Shown: positions 7,718-18,248 of the stretch, in pieces
Layout of the letters: each line of letters begins with the position of its first letter
Numbering within the stretch: position 1 is the stretch's first letter
Assembly (NCBI GenBank): GCA_902705835.1
Contig: CACSIN010000029.1
Coordinates: 18,328 to 42,327, forward strand
Length of the DNA stretch: 24,000 nt
Reading direction: 5' to 3'
Source: BD1-7 clade bacterium
Lineage (GTDB): Bacteria; Pseudomonadota; Gammaproteobacteria; Pseudomonadales; DT-91
Translations under genes and position numbers: made by a program
Notes under the pieces: generated by a model
What the model was told of the DNA's origin: nothing
What the model saw: only the letters and a program-made list of their open reading frames with translations
Databases searched by the model: none

Positions 7718-10324
7718 ATGCCCAAGCAGTTTTGTCGCTTTGCACCATTGTTGTTGATGTGCTGCACGTCCTCCGTGCTGGCCCAATCCCCCCTTTGCCC
7801 AAAACCTGTGATTGAAAAAAAAGCACCCAAGCTGGTTGCCGACCAAAAGGTGTTTCACGAGGCTATGGAAAAAGCGCGTCAGAGCGCCGAACACTTAGAC
7901 TGGGTCGACGACCCTAATGCCGACAACCCTTGTGGTGGCAGCTACGTAATACCTCCCAATCCGAATCCGCAGCAAGACTTACCTGTCAAAGATGCTAAAA
8001 GCTATATCAGTGCGGATGCCGTACAACAGAACCCGGATGGTAGCTACCAGCTCAGCGGCGATGCCGAACTCTATCGTGGCCCACTGCAACTTAGTTGCGA
8101 CGCGATGATTTACAACCCAACAACGTCTGAAGCCACGTTAAAGGGCAATGTACAAATACGAAATTCAGAAGCCTTTATTCGTGCGGCAGAAGCATCTTTC
8201 ACCAATGAACTCGGCGATGGCAAGATCGATGATGCCCGTTACGTTTTCTATCGGTTTGACCTTCAGGGCGATGCCAAAAAGATGGAATATGATGGCGGTG
8301 ATAACGATCTAATTTATCTGCATGATGCGTCGCTGTCGACTTGCCCTCCGAAGAAAAAGGAAACCTGGAAAATTGATGCCAGTGAGATTCAACTGAATCA
8401 GGAGACCGAGTGGGGCAAAGCCTTTAATAGTATTATTCGCATTAAAGATGTGCCGGTTTTTTACATACCCTATATGGACTTCCCGTTATCGGATAAACGC
8501 AAAACCGGCTTCCTGTACCCAGCCATATCAATTTCAGGCGATGAAGGCTTTGATCTTCAAGTGCCCTACTACCTCAACATCGCACCGAATTTCGATGTAA
8601 CCCTGTCTCCGCGTTTCAACACCGAGCACGGTTTGCTGCATAGCGCAGAGTCTCGCTACCTTAACAGTTGGAGTGAATGGCAACTTAACGGCTCCTATAT
8701 TGTTGACGATCGACGTATTGACCGAATGAATGCGTCAGAAAGCCCACACATTGACCGAAATCGCTGGATTTACAGCCTACTCGAACAAGGCAACTTTGAT
8801 GAAAACTGGAGCAGTTACATCAATTACGCGCGTGTCAGCGATATCTATTTTCTACGAGATTGGGGTGATCGCGGCTTAGATATTCAGAAAACGCGTAACA
8901 TCAAGCGTACTGGGCGTATTAGCTACGACTCCATCAATTGGCAATTCGATGTTGAAGCCGTTGACTACCAACCTTTGCGAGAACGTGTCACTCTCGGTGA
9001 TAATGACATTATTACTGATCGAGAACTGATCGAAGAATATAAACAACTGCCTCGTATCGACACCGAATATATCAGCACCCACGGCCCGTTCGAACTTGAA
9101 CCTATTTTCCTCGGCCAGGCGGTATATTTCGAACACACCAACGACGTCGATGCCATTCGTAGTCACTTAGCACCCGGTCTTGGCTTCCCGTTAGCTTGGC
9201 AAGAAGTCGAAATCAATCCGCAATTTATCTACAAACGTACAGACTTCCGCTTTTCAGATAATAAGGATATTAACGATCCTGACCGGCCAGAATTTCGAAG
9301 ATACGAGGATATACAGACAACAGGTAAAGCGCATATCAGTGTGCCCACCTTCAGCCTCGACAATACCGTATTTCTTGAAGCCGAACGAGAGACACATATC
9401 CAGACGCTGAACCCTCGTCTCTTTTATTACTATGCGGCGTATCAGGATCAAGATCATTTACCTGATTTCGATACCACAGAGTTGTTCTTCAACTATCAGC
9501 AACTGTTCCGCGGTGAGCGTTTCTCCAGTTACGATCGTATTGGTGACGCCAATCAAATGACACTAGCTCTGGATACACAGTGGCTCGGTATCAATGATGG
9601 CAGAGCCATTGCAGATATTGGTATCGGTCAAATCTTTTACTTTGAAGATCGCCGTGTTGCGCTAAGACCTCAATCACGAGAATTTCTCCCCACAAAAAGC
9701 ACCGATGAACTTACGCTTACGCCAGCTCAAATCGAGCGCAACAGGCTGGCTAATGAACAAATTGAGCGCCGTTACTACAACAGCGCATCCGACATCGCCG
9801 CGCAAGCCAACTGGTACATTGATGACGTTAATTCTCTGCGCTTTGATATCACCTACGACCCCTTTAACAACCGCATTCAAACCGGCGCATTAACCTACCA
9901 ATGGCTTAAAACCGACGACGACATCAGTATTGTTAATGTTGGTTATCGTTACCGATTCGGGCTTCCGCGATTGTACGATAACAATGAACGCCTCTATAAC
10001 AGCTCCATCAGCGAGACCAATGTATCGATTATTATGCCCGTGGCACGCGATTGGTCTGCTATTGCGCTATGGCACTTCGACCTCGCGCACAGGGAGAATA
10101 TTGAACATATCGTCGGAATTAAATATGAAGGCTGTTGTGCCAGTGTTACCTTCGCCTATCAGCGAGAACGTGACACATCGGATGAGCGCTCGGTAGAAGA
10201 TTTCTTCAATGCCGAGTTTAATACCCGCTGGTTTATCGAATTCGAACTCAAAGGCCTAGGCGCTATAACAAGTACAATATCGCGTCTGTTTGCCGAGAAA
10301 ATACAAGGTTATCCAAAACCGTGA
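7718..10324 (+). CDS. lptD: LPS-assembly outer-membrane protein LptD
   Basis: 868 aa with signal peptide MPKQFCRFAPLLLMCCTSSVLAQ. It has the large beta-barrel composition, and an adjacent Cys pair near the C terminus (KYEGCCASV) corresponds to the conserved LptD disulfide cysteines. It sits immediately upstream of surA-pdxA-rsmA-apaGH. Confidence 0.93.
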   Translation: MPKQFCRFAPLLLMCCTSSVLAQSPLCPKPVIEKKAPKLVADQKVFHEAMEKARQSAEHLDWVDDPNADNPCGGSYVIPPNPNPQQDLPVKDAKSYISADAVQQNPDGSYQLSGDAELYRGPLQLSCDAMIYNPTTSEATLKGNVQIRNSEAFIRAAEASFTNELGDGKIDDARYVFYRFDLQGDAKKMEYDGGDNDLIYLHDASLSTCPPKKKETWKIDASEIQLNQETEWGKAFNSIIRIKDVPVFYIPYMDFPLSDKRKTGFLYPAISISGDEGFDLQVPYYLNIAPNFDVTLSPRFNTEHGLLHSAESRYLNSWSEWQLNGSYIVDDRRIDRMNASESPHIDRNRWIYSLLEQGNFDENWSSYINYARVSDIYFLRDWGDRGLDIQKTRNIKRTGRISYDSINWQFDVEAVDYQPLRERVTLGDNDIITDRELIEEYKQLPRIDTEYISTHGPFELEPIFLGQAVYFEHTNDVDAIRSHLAPGLGFPLAWQEVEINPQFIYKRTDFRFSDNKDINDPDRPEFRRYEDIQTTGKAHISVPTFSLDNTVFLEAERETHIQTLNPRLFYYYAAYQDQDHLPDFDTTELFFNYQQLFRGERFSSYDRIGDANQMTLALDTQWLGINDGRAIADIGIGQIFYFEDRRVALRPQSREFLPTKSTDELTLTPAQIERNRLANEQIERRYYNSASDIAAQANWYIDDVNSLRFDITYDPFNNRIQTGALTYQWLKTDDDISIVNVGYRYRFGLPRLYDNNERLYNSSISETNVSIIMPVARDWSAIALWHFDLAHRENIEHIVGIKYEGCCASVTFAYQRERDTSDERSVEDFFNAEFNTRWFIEFELKGLGAITSTISRLFAEKIQGYPKP

Positions 10325-11613
10325 TGCATAAAAAACTGAAAACACTGCTGTGCACCGCTTTTCTGGGTGCCGGGCTAGTTAGCCTGCAATGCCACGCTGA
10401 CTATGAACCCATGGACAAGATCCTCGCCATTGTTGATAACGGCGTGGTTACACAATCGGAATTTGATCAGAAAATAACGGTCATTCGAAAAAATTTCGAA
10501 ATGTCGGGTCAGCCTGAGCCGCCAGAAGCGCAACTTCATCAACAAGTGTTGGATCGCCTGATCCTTGACGAATTGCAGCTACAGATGGCACAACGTGCCG
10601 GTGTTCATATATCCGAAGACCGCCTGACCCAAACTATGGCAAATATCGCCGAGCGCAACGGCACCACCTTGCAAGGCATGGTTACCGATCTGGAAGCCCG
10701 TGGCGAATCCTTCAGCGATATGCGTGAGCAAGTGCGCAACGAACTGACCATACAGCAAGTACAACAAGGCAATCTGCGTAGTCGCATTCAAGTCACTGAG
10801 AAAGAAGTGAGGGAATACCTGAGTTCGATCGAGGGTAAAGACCGTATGACAACGCGCTATAAAATTAGCCATGTCATGCTCAGCTTACCGCAACCACAAC
10901 CCGCAGAAGTTGATGCCAAAGCTGAAAAAACCCTGGCTAATATCGCCCAGAGCCTGCGTAACGGACTATCCACATTCACCGATTATACCGGCGGCAAAAC
11001 CATCAACGGATTCCAAATTTCCAATGGCGACCTTGGTTTACGTACCGAAGAAGATATCCCAAGTATGTTTCGAGATATGGTCATGAACGGCGACAAAGGC
11101 GACTTCTCCGCACCCATTCGCTCAGGTGGTGGCTGGCATATCGTGGTTATCGATGAAGTTACCGGTAAAGCACAAATGGTGCATCAGAACCACGCACGGC
11201 ATATTCTCATTAAACTGTCTGAAGTGCGCACCGACCGACAAGCCAAACGAGCCATCGATGATATCCACAACCGCTTACAGCAGGGTGGCGATTTTACACT
11301 ACTGGCCAAAGAATATTCCGAAGACCCTGGCTCTGCGATGCAAGGCGGTGACTTAGGATGGAGTATGCCGGGTCAGTTTGTACCAGAGTTTGAAGAAACG
11401 CTGGCACGTCTTAAAGATAATGAGATCAGCCAGCCATTTAAGAGTGAATTCGGCTGGCACATCATGGAAAAAATGGGCGAACGCGTCCATAACATGACCG
11501 AAGAAAGCCGCCAAAATCAGGCCTATCAGACGCTCTATGAACGTAAATTCGCTCAGGAGCTTGATAACTGGCTTCTGAAAATCCGTGATGAAGCATTTGT
11601 AGAAGTGAAATAA
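10321..11613 (+). CDS. surA: Periplasmic chaperone / peptidyl-prolyl isomerase SurA
   Basis: 430 aa with a signal peptide (LLCTAFLGAGLVSLQCHA) and two parvulin-type PPIase domains (GDLG...GGWH and GGDLGW...FGWHI). The start is either the GTG at 10321 or the ATG at 10324, and both overlap the lptD stop. Confidence 0.94.
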   Translation: MMHKKLKTLLCTAFLGAGLVSLQCHADYEPMDKILAIVDNGVVTQSEFDQKITVIRKNFEMSGQPEPPEAQLHQQVLDRLILDELQLQMAQRAGVHISEDRLTQTMANIAERNGTTLQGMVTDLEARGESFSDMREQVRNELTIQQVQQGNLRSRIQVTEKEVREYLSSIEGKDRMTTRYKISHVMLSLPQPQPAEVDAKAEKTLANIAQSLRNGLSTFTDYTGGKTINGFQISNGDLGLRTEEDIPSMFRDMVMNGDKGDFSAPIRSGGGWHIVVIDEVTGKAQMVHQNHARHILIKLSEVRTDRQAKRAIDDIHNRLQQGGDFTLLAKEYSEDPGSAMQGGDLGWSMPGQFVPEFEETLARLKDNEISQPFKSEFGWHIMEKMGERVHNMTEESRQNQAYQTLYERKFAQELDNWLLKIRDEAFVEVK

Positions 11614-11616
11614 CAC

Positions 11617-12630
11617 ATGGGGAGTCAACGGCTGGCACTAACCAGCGGCGAACCGGCCGGCATTGGCCCGGATCTCGCCATCATGCAAGCCCAACACAAT
11701 CACCCGTACGAAGTCATTGTGTTGGGGTGCCCAGATCTGCTGCAACAACGCGCAGAGACTTTGTCAATTCAACTGAATTGGCAGATCCTGACCCTCACCG
11801 ACCTAGCAGAAACGCCACCCGAGCCCGCTGCTGCCGGCACCATAAAAATTCTGCCAATCAGCGGCTGCAACACAACTACCCCAGGGCAACTGAATAAAGA
11901 CAACGCCCGCTACGTGTTAAACATTCTTGATGGTGCCATTCAAGGTTGCCAAACCGGCCTATTCGACGCCATGGTCACGGCCCCGGTACAAAAATCTGTC
12001 CTTAATGATGCCGGTATTCCTTTCAGCGGCCACACCGAATACCTCGCAGACAGCACCAACACCCCCAAAGTCGTAATGATGTTGGCAACCCCATCATTGC
12101 GGGTTGCGCTGGTAACAACCCACCTGCCGCTACGCGATGTTGCTGACGCCATCACTGAATCGACTCTGACTCAGGTAAGTCATATCCTGAACACGGATCT
12201 GCAGCGTTTTTTTGGCATTCAACAGCCACGTATTCTGGTCGCAGGCTTGAACCCCCATGCCGGTGAAAATGGCCATTTGGGGGATGAAGAGCTGCGAATT
12301 ATCAATCCGACACTGGAAAAACTGCAGACAGAAGGCATTAACATTATCGGGCCACTGCCCGCAGACACCCTGTTTACCCCCAAGTACCTCGAAAATGCCG
12401 ATGCTGTGCTCGCCATGTATCACGATCAAGGCCTACCCGTGTTAAAATCCCAAGGCTTTGGCGAGGCAGCAAACATCACGCTGGGTTTACCGATTGTTCG
12501 AACATCCGTAGATCACGGCACCGCCCTTGATCTTGCGGGCACCGGGAATATTGACCCGGGCAGCCTCAATACTGCAATGCAAATCGCCGGCTTGATGGCC
12601 GAACAAACAGCCAACGCCAGCAACAACTGA
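11617..12630 (+). CDS. pdxA: 4-hydroxythreonine-4-phosphate dehydrogenase
   Basis: 337 aa with TSGEPAGIGPD, GHTEYLA, LNPHAGENGHLG and HDQGL motifs of PdxA. It starts 3 nt after the surA stop. Confidence 0.94.
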   Translation: MGSQRLALTSGEPAGIGPDLAIMQAQHNHPYEVIVLGCPDLLQQRAETLSIQLNWQILTLTDLAETPPEPAAAGTIKILPISGCNTTTPGQLNKDNARYVLNILDGAIQGCQTGLFDAMVTAPVQKSVLNDAGIPFSGHTEYLADSTNTPKVVMMLATPSLRVALVTTHLPLRDVADAITESTLTQVSHILNTDLQRFFGIQQPRILVAGLNPHAGENGHLGDEELRIINPTLEKLQTEGINIIGPLPADTLFTPKYLENADAVLAMYHDQGLPVLKSQGFGEAANITLGLPIVRTSVDHGTALDLAGTGNIDPGSLNTAMQIAGLMAEQTANASNN

Positions 12631-12669
12631 TCGCCCCACAACGACCGCAGCCGGATACTCCCTGAACCG

Positions 12670-13473
12670 ATGAAAAATACCGGACATCAACCGCGCAAGC
12701 GGTTTGGCCAGAACTTCCTTCACGACGACCGCATCATTAGCCGTCTTGTTGCCGCCATTAACCCCAAAGCTGATGACCTGATGGTCGAAATTGGCCCCGG
12801 GCAAGCGGCTCTGACAACGCCATTGTTGGATAAACTCAACCAGCTCCATGCCGTCGAACTGGATCGTGACCTATATCCGTTTTTGCGTGCAGGGCTCGAA
12901 CCACGGGGCTTAACCCTCCATGAAGCTGATGCACTGAAGTTTGATTTCACCACATTAATGACCGATGACCGCCCACTGCGTGTAGTCGGCAACCTACCGT
13001 ACAACATTTCGACGCCGCTGCTGTTTCATCTGCTTGCCTATAAAGAACGCATTGCCGATATGCATTTCATGCTGCAACTGGAAGTGATTGAGCGCCTAGC
13101 AGCAGCACCCGGAAACAAAAATTACGGCAGGCTAAGCGTCATTGCCCAATATTACTGCCAAGTTGATAAGCTATTTCATGTGCCACCGGGCGCATTTAAC
13201 CCGCCACCGAAAGTAATGTCTGCAATCGTTAGACTCGCTCCGCGGAAGCTCTCAGTAGAAGCCGAGAATCCGGTGCTTTTGGAGAAAGTGGTCAAAATCT
13301 CTTTTGCCCAACGCCGCAAAACCCTGCGCAACAACTTGAAGCAGCTATTATCGGCTGAGCAACTTGAACAATTAACCCAAGATCTGACACTACGGCCAGA
13401 GCAGCTCAGCGTCGAAGACTATGTTAAGCTGAGCAATCAAATTGCATCGTTTAATGACGCAAGCCTCCTTTGA
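12670..13473 (+). CDS. rsmA: 16S rRNA (adenine1518/1519-N6)-dimethyltransferase
   Basis: 267 aa with RKRFGQNFLHD, the SAM-binding EIGPGQAALT and the NLPYNISTPL motif of KsgA/RsmA. Confidence 0.96.
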   Translation: MKNTGHQPRKRFGQNFLHDDRIISRLVAAINPKADDLMVEIGPGQAALTTPLLDKLNQLHAVELDRDLYPFLRAGLEPRGLTLHEADALKFDFTTLMTDDRPLRVVGNLPYNISTPLLFHLLAYKERIADMHFMLQLEVIERLAAAPGNKNYGRLSVIAQYYCQVDKLFHVPPGAFNPPPKVMSAIVRLAPRKLSVEAENPVLLEKVVKISFAQRRKTLRNNLKQLLSAEQLEQLTQDLTLRPEQLSVEDYVKLSNQIASFNDASLL

Positions 13474-13491
13474 CGAAGTGGATGTATTACC

Positions 13492-13872
13492 ATGTCAGAA
13501 CCCCAAGCAGATATCGAAATCGAAGTCGAAACCCAGTACCTCGAGAACGAATCTGAACTCGACCAGTCGCGTTATGTGTTTGCATACAATATCCGCATCA
13601 CCAACCACAGCCCGATGCCGATAAAACTGGTCTCACGTTACTGGCATATTACCGACGCCGATGAAAAAGTGCAGGAAGTTAACGGCGAAGGCGTCGTCGG
13701 CCAACAACCCCGATTAGAAGAAGGCCAATCCTTTCAATACACCTCCGGGGTTATTCTGGATACCCCAGCAGGCATCATGGAAGGCTACTACGACTTTGTT
13801 AGCGATTTGGGCGATGTCATCAAAGCACCGATTCCTCCCTTCACACTCGCCAACCCGGCCAGCCTCCACTAA
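13492..13872 (+). CDS. apaG: ApaG protein (DUF525 family)
   Basis: 126 aa with [11 protein letters not shown]...RYWHITDA...[10 protein letters not shown]...F.YTSG, typical of ApaG. It lies upstream of apaH, and its stop overlaps the apaH start (TAATG). Confidence 0.92.
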   Translation: MSEPQADIEIEVETQYLENESELDQSRYVFAYNIRITNHSPMPIKLVSRYWHITDADEKVQEVNGEGVVGQQPRLEEGQSFQYTSGVILDTPAGIMEGYYDFVSDLGDVIKAPIPPFTLANPASLH

Positions 13873-14672
13873 TGGCGACTTATGCCGTCGGCGACCTGCA
13901 AGGCTGCCTAGATCCCTTGCTGTGCCTGCTTGAGCGGGTTAAATTTGACCCCATCCAAGACACCCTCTGGTGTGCAGGCGATCTCGTCAACCGTGGGCCT
14001 CAATCGCTAGAGACCCTGCGATTTGTAAAATCTCTGGGAGATGCTTGCGTGGCCGTCCTCGGCAATCACGACTTGCATCTATTAGCGGTCGCTTACGGCG
14101 GCGCAAAACTGAAACGGTCAGATACACTTAAAGAGATTCTGGAAGCCGACGATTGTGAAAACTTACTCACTTGGCTGCGCCACCAACCTCTAGTACACCA
14201 TGAATACGACTACACACTGGTGCACGCTGGCATCCCGCCGATCTGGAGCATTAAGCAAGCCAGAGCACGGGCAAAAGAAGTCGAAGCAGTGATCCAAGGG
14301 CCAGACTACCTGAATTATTTTCGCGAGATGTACGGCAACAAGCCCGATCTTTGGCACGATGATTTGAGTGGTCAAGACCGGCTTCGCTGCATTACCAACT
14401 ACCTGACACGCATGCGTTTCTGCCACGCTGACAGCACACTGGATCTCTCGAACAAAAACGGCCCCGAAGATGCCGCCCCGGGCACATCGCCTTGGTACGC
14501 ATTTGAAAATAGAAAAGCTGCCGGCCAACGCATCATCTTCGGTCACTGGGCGGCGTTACAAGGCGACAGCCAAGGGCCCGATGTGTTTGCAATGGATACC
14601 GGCTGCGTGTGGGGCGGGCAACTGACGCTAATGCGACTGGACGACCAAGCTATGTTCAGCTGCAACTGCTGA
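13872..14672 (+). CDS. apaH: Bis(5'-nucleosyl)-tetraphosphatase, symmetrical
   Basis: 266 aa. N-terminal [12 protein letters not shown], plus GDLVNRGP and GNHD, are the metallophosphoesterase motifs, and the N terminus closely resembles E. coli ApaH. Confidence 0.94.
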   Translation: MATYAVGDLQGCLDPLLCLLERVKFDPIQDTLWCAGDLVNRGPQSLETLRFVKSLGDACVAVLGNHDLHLLAVAYGGAKLKRSDTLKEILEADDCENLLTWLRHQPLVHHEYDYTLVHAGIPPIWSIKQARARAKEVEAVIQGPDYLNYFREMYGNKPDLWHDDLSGQDRLRCITNYLTRMRFCHADSTLDLSNKNGPEDAAPGTSPWYAFENRKAAGQRIIFGHWAALQGDSQGPDVFAMDTGCVWGGQLTLMRLDDQAMFSCNC

Positions 14673-14729
14673 TTTCTGCATTTGGCAACGGCTTAAAACA
14701 TCTGATAAACAACATCATTGGCAATCACC

Positions 14730-15962
14730 ATGGAAACCTATCTGGTAGGCGGCGCTGTTCGCGATAAAGCACTTGGTCTCGATATCAAAGACAGTGATTG
14801 GATCGTCGTTGGTGCCACACCACAAGCCATGATCGATCAAGGTTATCAGGCTGTCGGCAAAGACTTTCCTGTTTTTTTACACCCAAAAACCAAAGAAGAA
14901 TATGCCCTCGCACGTATCGAGCGAAAGATGGGCATCGGCTACACCGGGTTTGACTGTTATTTTCAACCGGATGTAACGCTAGAGCAGGATCTCGAGCGCC
15001 GCGACCTCACCATTAACGCAATGGCTGAGAGTTCCGACGGAGAGCTGTTTGATCCCTATAACGGCATGCAAGATCTCACTCAACGCAAGCTCCGCCACGT
15101 TTCAAAAGCTTTTGCCGAAGACCCGTTACGCATTCTGCGTGTCGCACGCTTTGCTGCCCGCTTTCACCACCTTGGCTTCAGCGTCGCCAAAGAGACCCAA
15201 ACGCTGATGCAGACCATGAGCACCGAAGAAGAGTTGCTAGCCATCAGCCCTGAGCGCATCTGGCGCGAGACCGAAAAAGCCCTGAGTACCGCTAACCCAG
15301 ATATCTACATTCAAGTGCTTCGTGACTGCGGAGCGCTAAAGATACTGTTCCCAGAAATCGACGCAATGTTTGGCGTTCCGCAGACCGAAACCCATCATCC
15401 CGAGATTGATACCGGCATCCATACGCTGATGGTACTTCAGCAAGCCAGCCGGTTAACTGACAACATCGACATTCGGTTTGCCGCTTTGGTGCACGACTTA
15501 GGCAAAGGCATCACACCAGCTAACCTCCTACCCAAACACCACGGCCATGAAAATACCGGCAAGCCGCTCGTCAAAGCGCTTTGTCAGCGGCTAAAAGTAC
15601 CGAAAAAGGCCCAACAGCTGGCCGAGGTTGTCTGTGAAAACCACTTATTGAGCCATCGCCTATTTGAATTACGGCCCGCAACCATACATAAACTGCTAAA
15701 AAAACTGGATGCGTTTCGTAACCCTGAGCGTGTTGATGCATTTTTAATGGCCTGTGAAGCCGACAGTCGAGGCCGACTCGGCTTCGAAGAACGCCCATAC
15801 CCACAAGCCAATTATTTACGCGCCTGCTTTGCTGCCTGCCATAGCATTGACGCCCGCCAATTACAGCAACAGGGATTTGAAGGCAAAGCACTTGGCGAAG
15901 CTATTGAGCGAGAGCGCAGCCGAGCTATCGGCGAGGTTAAAGAAAACTGGCCGGCAACGTAA
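14730..15962 (+). CDS. cca: Multifunctional CCA-adding enzyme (tRNA nucleotidyltransferase with HD domain)
   Basis: METYLVGGAVRD N terminus, the RRDLTINA motif, and an HD-domain region (HPEIDTGIHT, LVHDLGK). The track ORF starts at the TTG at 14718. The ATG at 14730 matches the family N terminus. Confidence 0.93.
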   Translation: METYLVGGAVRDKALGLDIKDSDWIVVGATPQAMIDQGYQAVGKDFPVFLHPKTKEEYALARIERKMGIGYTGFDCYFQPDVTLEQDLERRDLTINAMAESSDGELFDPYNGMQDLTQRKLRHVSKAFAEDPLRILRVARFAARFHHLGFSVAKETQTLMQTMSTEEELLAISPERIWRETEKALSTANPDIYIQVLRDCGALKILFPEIDAMFGVPQTETHHPEIDTGIHTLMVLQQASRLTDNIDIRFAALVHDLGKGITPANLLPKHHGHENTGKPLVKALCQRLKVPKKAQQLAEVVCENHLLSHRLFELRPATIHKLLKKLDAFRNPERVDAFLMACEADSRGRLGFEERPYPQANYLRACFAACHSIDARQLQQQGFEGKALGEAIERERSRAIGEVKENWPAT

Positions 15963-16081
15963 ACCTCAATGGATGAGGCACACAAGGTTTGCGAGAAAGC
16001 GCGAGATAAGTACGCAAGAGAAGAAGGCAAAAGCACGTAACGCCACGGGCTCGCTCGACATTACCCAATAGCGGGAAGGAG

Positions 16082-16588
16082 CTAAATAAAATCGCTATCG
16101 GATATTTGAAACTCAGCCAACCATAGCGACTGCGAGTGATTCGGGTAATCTGCCCAAAGCACCGCATATGATCTGCCAGCCTGAGGGTGCACAGCGTCTG
16201 GAACCAAATCTGCGAGTGGCTTCAGCACAAACGCATTGGTTAGAATCTCATCGCGCGGCAACGATACGCCGTCAATCACCCCTACAGCATTATCATACGT
16301 GAGGATATCCACATCCAGCGTACGAGAACTGAACTTGTCGCAGGCACGTACCCGCCCAAAATCATTTTCCAGTGCCCGCAAATAATGACGTAACTCCGCG
16401 ACTGCCAATGACGTGTCTATTTGGATCACCAAATTGAGAAACGGGTCGCCATCAAACCCCACTGCAGCACTTTCGTACACCGGTGAACAGCGAAAGGCAC
16501 CCAATTCACCGCGCAGCGCCTGTAAACCCGATGCGATATTTTCTTCCCTGTTAACGTTGCTTCCAATGCCAAGCAAAACCGTCGCCAT
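16082..16588 (-). CDS. folK: 2-amino-4-hydroxy-6-hydroxymethyldihydropteridine pyrophosphokinase
   Basis: 168 aa with LLGIGSN at the N terminus, FLN, and RTLDVDIL, characteristic of HPPK. Its start overlaps the folB stop (TGATG on the minus strand). Confidence 0.9.
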   Translation of the reverse strand: MATVLLGIGSNVNREENIASGLQALRGELGAFRCSPVYESAAVGFDGDPFLNLVIQIDTSLAVAELRHYLRALENDFGRVRACDKFSSRTLDVDILTYDNAVGVIDGVSLPRDEILTNAFVLKPLADLVPDAVHPQAGRSYAVLWADYPNHSQSLWLAEFQISDSDFI

Positions 16589-16971
16589 CAGGGCCCTCCA
16601 GAAGACATCTCAGCGCCAGGCATCACGCCGCGCTCAATGACAACACCCACCGATTGTGCCTCGGGCACAGCACCGGGCTTATCCAAAGCAATACGCACCC
16701 AAGGTACGGAGAATTCCTGCAACATAATGCTGGCACAGCGCTCAGCCAAGGTTTCAATCAAACCAAACTGGCCACTTTCGATAAATGTTTGAAGCCGTTT
16801 TGAAACCGCAAAATAATCCAATGCATCATCAATATGGTCACTGGCAGCAGCCGGGCGATTATCCCAAGCCATATCGATGTCCAACACAACGGTTTGGCGA
16901 ATTTGTTTTTCCCAATCGTAAATACCAATCACGGTATCTACCGATAAACGTCGAATCGTAACTCTATCCAT
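16588..16971 (-). CDS. folB: Dihydroneopterin aldolase
   Basis: 127 aa; the IGIYDWEK...Q...LDI pattern and LIETLAE are typical of FolB. It is coupled to folK. Confidence 0.88.
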   Translation of the reverse strand: MDRVTIRRLSVDTVIGIYDWEKQIRQTVVLDIDMAWDNRPAAASDHIDDALDYFAVSKRLQTFIESGQFGLIETLAERCASIMLQEFSVPWVRIALDKPGAVPEAQSVGVVIERGVMPGAEMSSGGP

Positions 16972-16987
16972 TACTCATCACCTCCGT

Positions 16988-18010
16988 TCAAGCCAGTGTC
17001 GGCAATGTATCAAGTGGCCAGCGCGGGCGCACCTGCACATCCAGCTCAGCAGTTTGGCCGGCTTTAAGCCGCTGTAAACCGGCATAGGCGATCATCGCTC
17101 CGTTATCGGTACACAACGCCGGGCGTGCATATAACAACTCGCCATTAACCTTTCCGACCTCTTTTTCCAACACCGCTCGCAATGCCGTATTGGCACTTAC
17201 ACCACCTGCAATCAATAAACGTTTGCACTGGGTTTCTTTCAAAGCACGTCGGCATTTAATCGCCAGCGTTTCAACAACTGCGCGCTGAAAACACGCTGCG
17301 ATATCAGCTTTATCCTGATCCGAAGCGCTGCCGTCTAGCCCCTCAAACGTATTCAACGTAAAGGTCTTTAACCCGCTAAAACTGAAATCAAGCCCAGGGC
17401 GATTCACCATCGGCCGCGGAAAGTCAAAACGCGCATCATCACCACTTGCCGCCAAGGCTGCAATCGCAGGGCCACCTGGGTAAGACAACCCCATCATTTT
17501 GGCGGTTTTATCAAAGGCCTCACCCGCAGCATCATCCAACGATTCGCCCAACAACCGATAACTGCCCATGGTTTCGACATACACTAGCTGGGTATGCCCG
17601 CCAGAGACCAGCAATGCCACCAGCGGAAACGCTGGCGGATGATCTTCCAATAACGGTGCCAACAAATGGCCTTCCATATGATGCACAGGCACCGCCGGAA
17701 TACCCCACACCATCGACAAACTTTGCGCGGTTGATGCTCCGACCATCAACGCCCCCATCAAACCAGGCCCAGCCGTATAGGCAATACCGTCAATATCAGA
17801 TGGCTGGCAGTTAGCATCCTTCAACACTTCATCAATCAGCGGCAGCAGCTTGCGCACATGATCACGCGAGGCCAATTCAGGCACCACACCGCCATACTCC
17901 TTGTGCAAGGAAATCTGACTATAGAGTCGCTCTGCCATCAAACCTTGTGCGTCGTCATATATAGCAACACCGGTTTCATCACAGGAGGTTTCGATACCCA
18001 AAACACGCAT
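16988..18010 (-). CDS. tsaD: tRNA N6-adenosine threonylcarbamoyltransferase
   Basis: [20 protein letters not shown] terminus, HHMEGH and GGVSAN motifs of the Kae1/TsaD family. The track ORF (to 18127) adds 39 low-quality residues that run through the divergent promoter region. The ATG at 18010 matches the family start. Confidence 0.95.
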   Translation of the reverse strand: MRVLGIETSCDETGVAIYDDAQGLMAERLYSQISLHKEYGGVVPELASRDHVRKLLPLIDEVLKDANCQPSDIDGIAYTAGPGLMGALMVGASTAQSLSMVWGIPAVPVHHMEGHLLAPLLEDHPPAFPLVALLVSGGHTQLVYVETMGSYRLLGESLDDAAGEAFDKTAKMMGLSYPGGPAIAALAASGDDARFDFPRPMVNRPGLDFSFSGLKTFTLNTFEGLDGSASDQDKADIAACFQRAVVETLAIKCRRALKETQCKRLLIAGGVSANTALRAVLEKEVGKVNGELLYARPALCTDNGAMIAYAGLQRLKAGQTAELDVQVRPRWPLDTLPTLA

Positions 18011-18041
18011 ATAAGGGATTATCCGTCGGTAAAAAACGCGA

Positions 18042-18072
18042 ATTATACGCCAATATGACAGCCGTATGTCAG
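18042..18072 (-). promoter_or_regulatory. Candidate sigma70 promoter for tsaD
   Basis: The minus strand has a perfect TATAAT (18047-18042) about 30 nt upstream of the tsaD ATG. The best -35 is CTGACA (18072-18067) at a long 19-nt spacing. Pattern match only. Confidence 0.3.
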
Positions 18073-18121
18073 TCAGACACCCGATAGATTCGGTATCTCT
18101 GATTATCAGTCGATAAAAATT

Positions 18122-18150
18122 TTGCACTCATGTCGGTTCCTGTGTAAAAT
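18122..18150 (+). promoter_or_regulatory. Candidate sigma70 promoter for rpsU (macromolecular-synthesis operon)
   Basis: TTGCAC (18122-18127), N17, TAAAAT (18145-18150), preceded by the A/T-rich tract GATAAAAATTT (UP-element-like). It lies ~100 nt upstream of the rpsU ATG. Confidence 0.5.
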
Positions 18151-18248
18151 TCGCGCCCCTATATGTCGGGTTTTGCCTAAATTTCACGCAAAGAAAATTG
18201 AATCGAAGCCCTGTTTAACCAGACAGCAACACAGTAAAAGGTTTTTGA

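Noticed and set aside
12487-12849. 120-aa minus-strand ORF spanning the pdxA/rsmA junction
   Set aside because: It overlaps two well-supported plus-strand genes in antisense, and I recognise no motifs.
14190-14546. 118-aa minus-strand ORF inside apaH
   Set aside because: It is an antisense shadow of apaH with no supporting signals.
15754-16071. 105-aa plus-strand ORF overlapping the cca 3' end and the cca/folK spacer; 119-nt convergent spacer checked for a terminator
   Set aside because: The ORF is an alternative frame of cca with a basic, low-complexity product. The spacer shows only short (5-6 bp) stems without U-tracts, so I call no terminator.
18011-18127. 39-residue N-terminal extension of the tsaD ORF ([16 protein letters not shown]...)
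   Set aside because: It runs through the divergent tsaD/rpsU promoter region, including the rpsU -35. The residues have poor composition, and the family N terminus [13 protein letters not shown] begins at the ATG at 18010.
18161-18169. Shared 9-mer ATATGTCGG upstream of rpsU (18161-18169) and upstream of rpoD (21201-21209)
   Set aside because: In 24 kb, many identical 9-mer pairs are expected by chance: roughly (24000^2/2)/4^9, on the order of a thousand. The flanks do not extend the match, so it is not evidence of a common operator.
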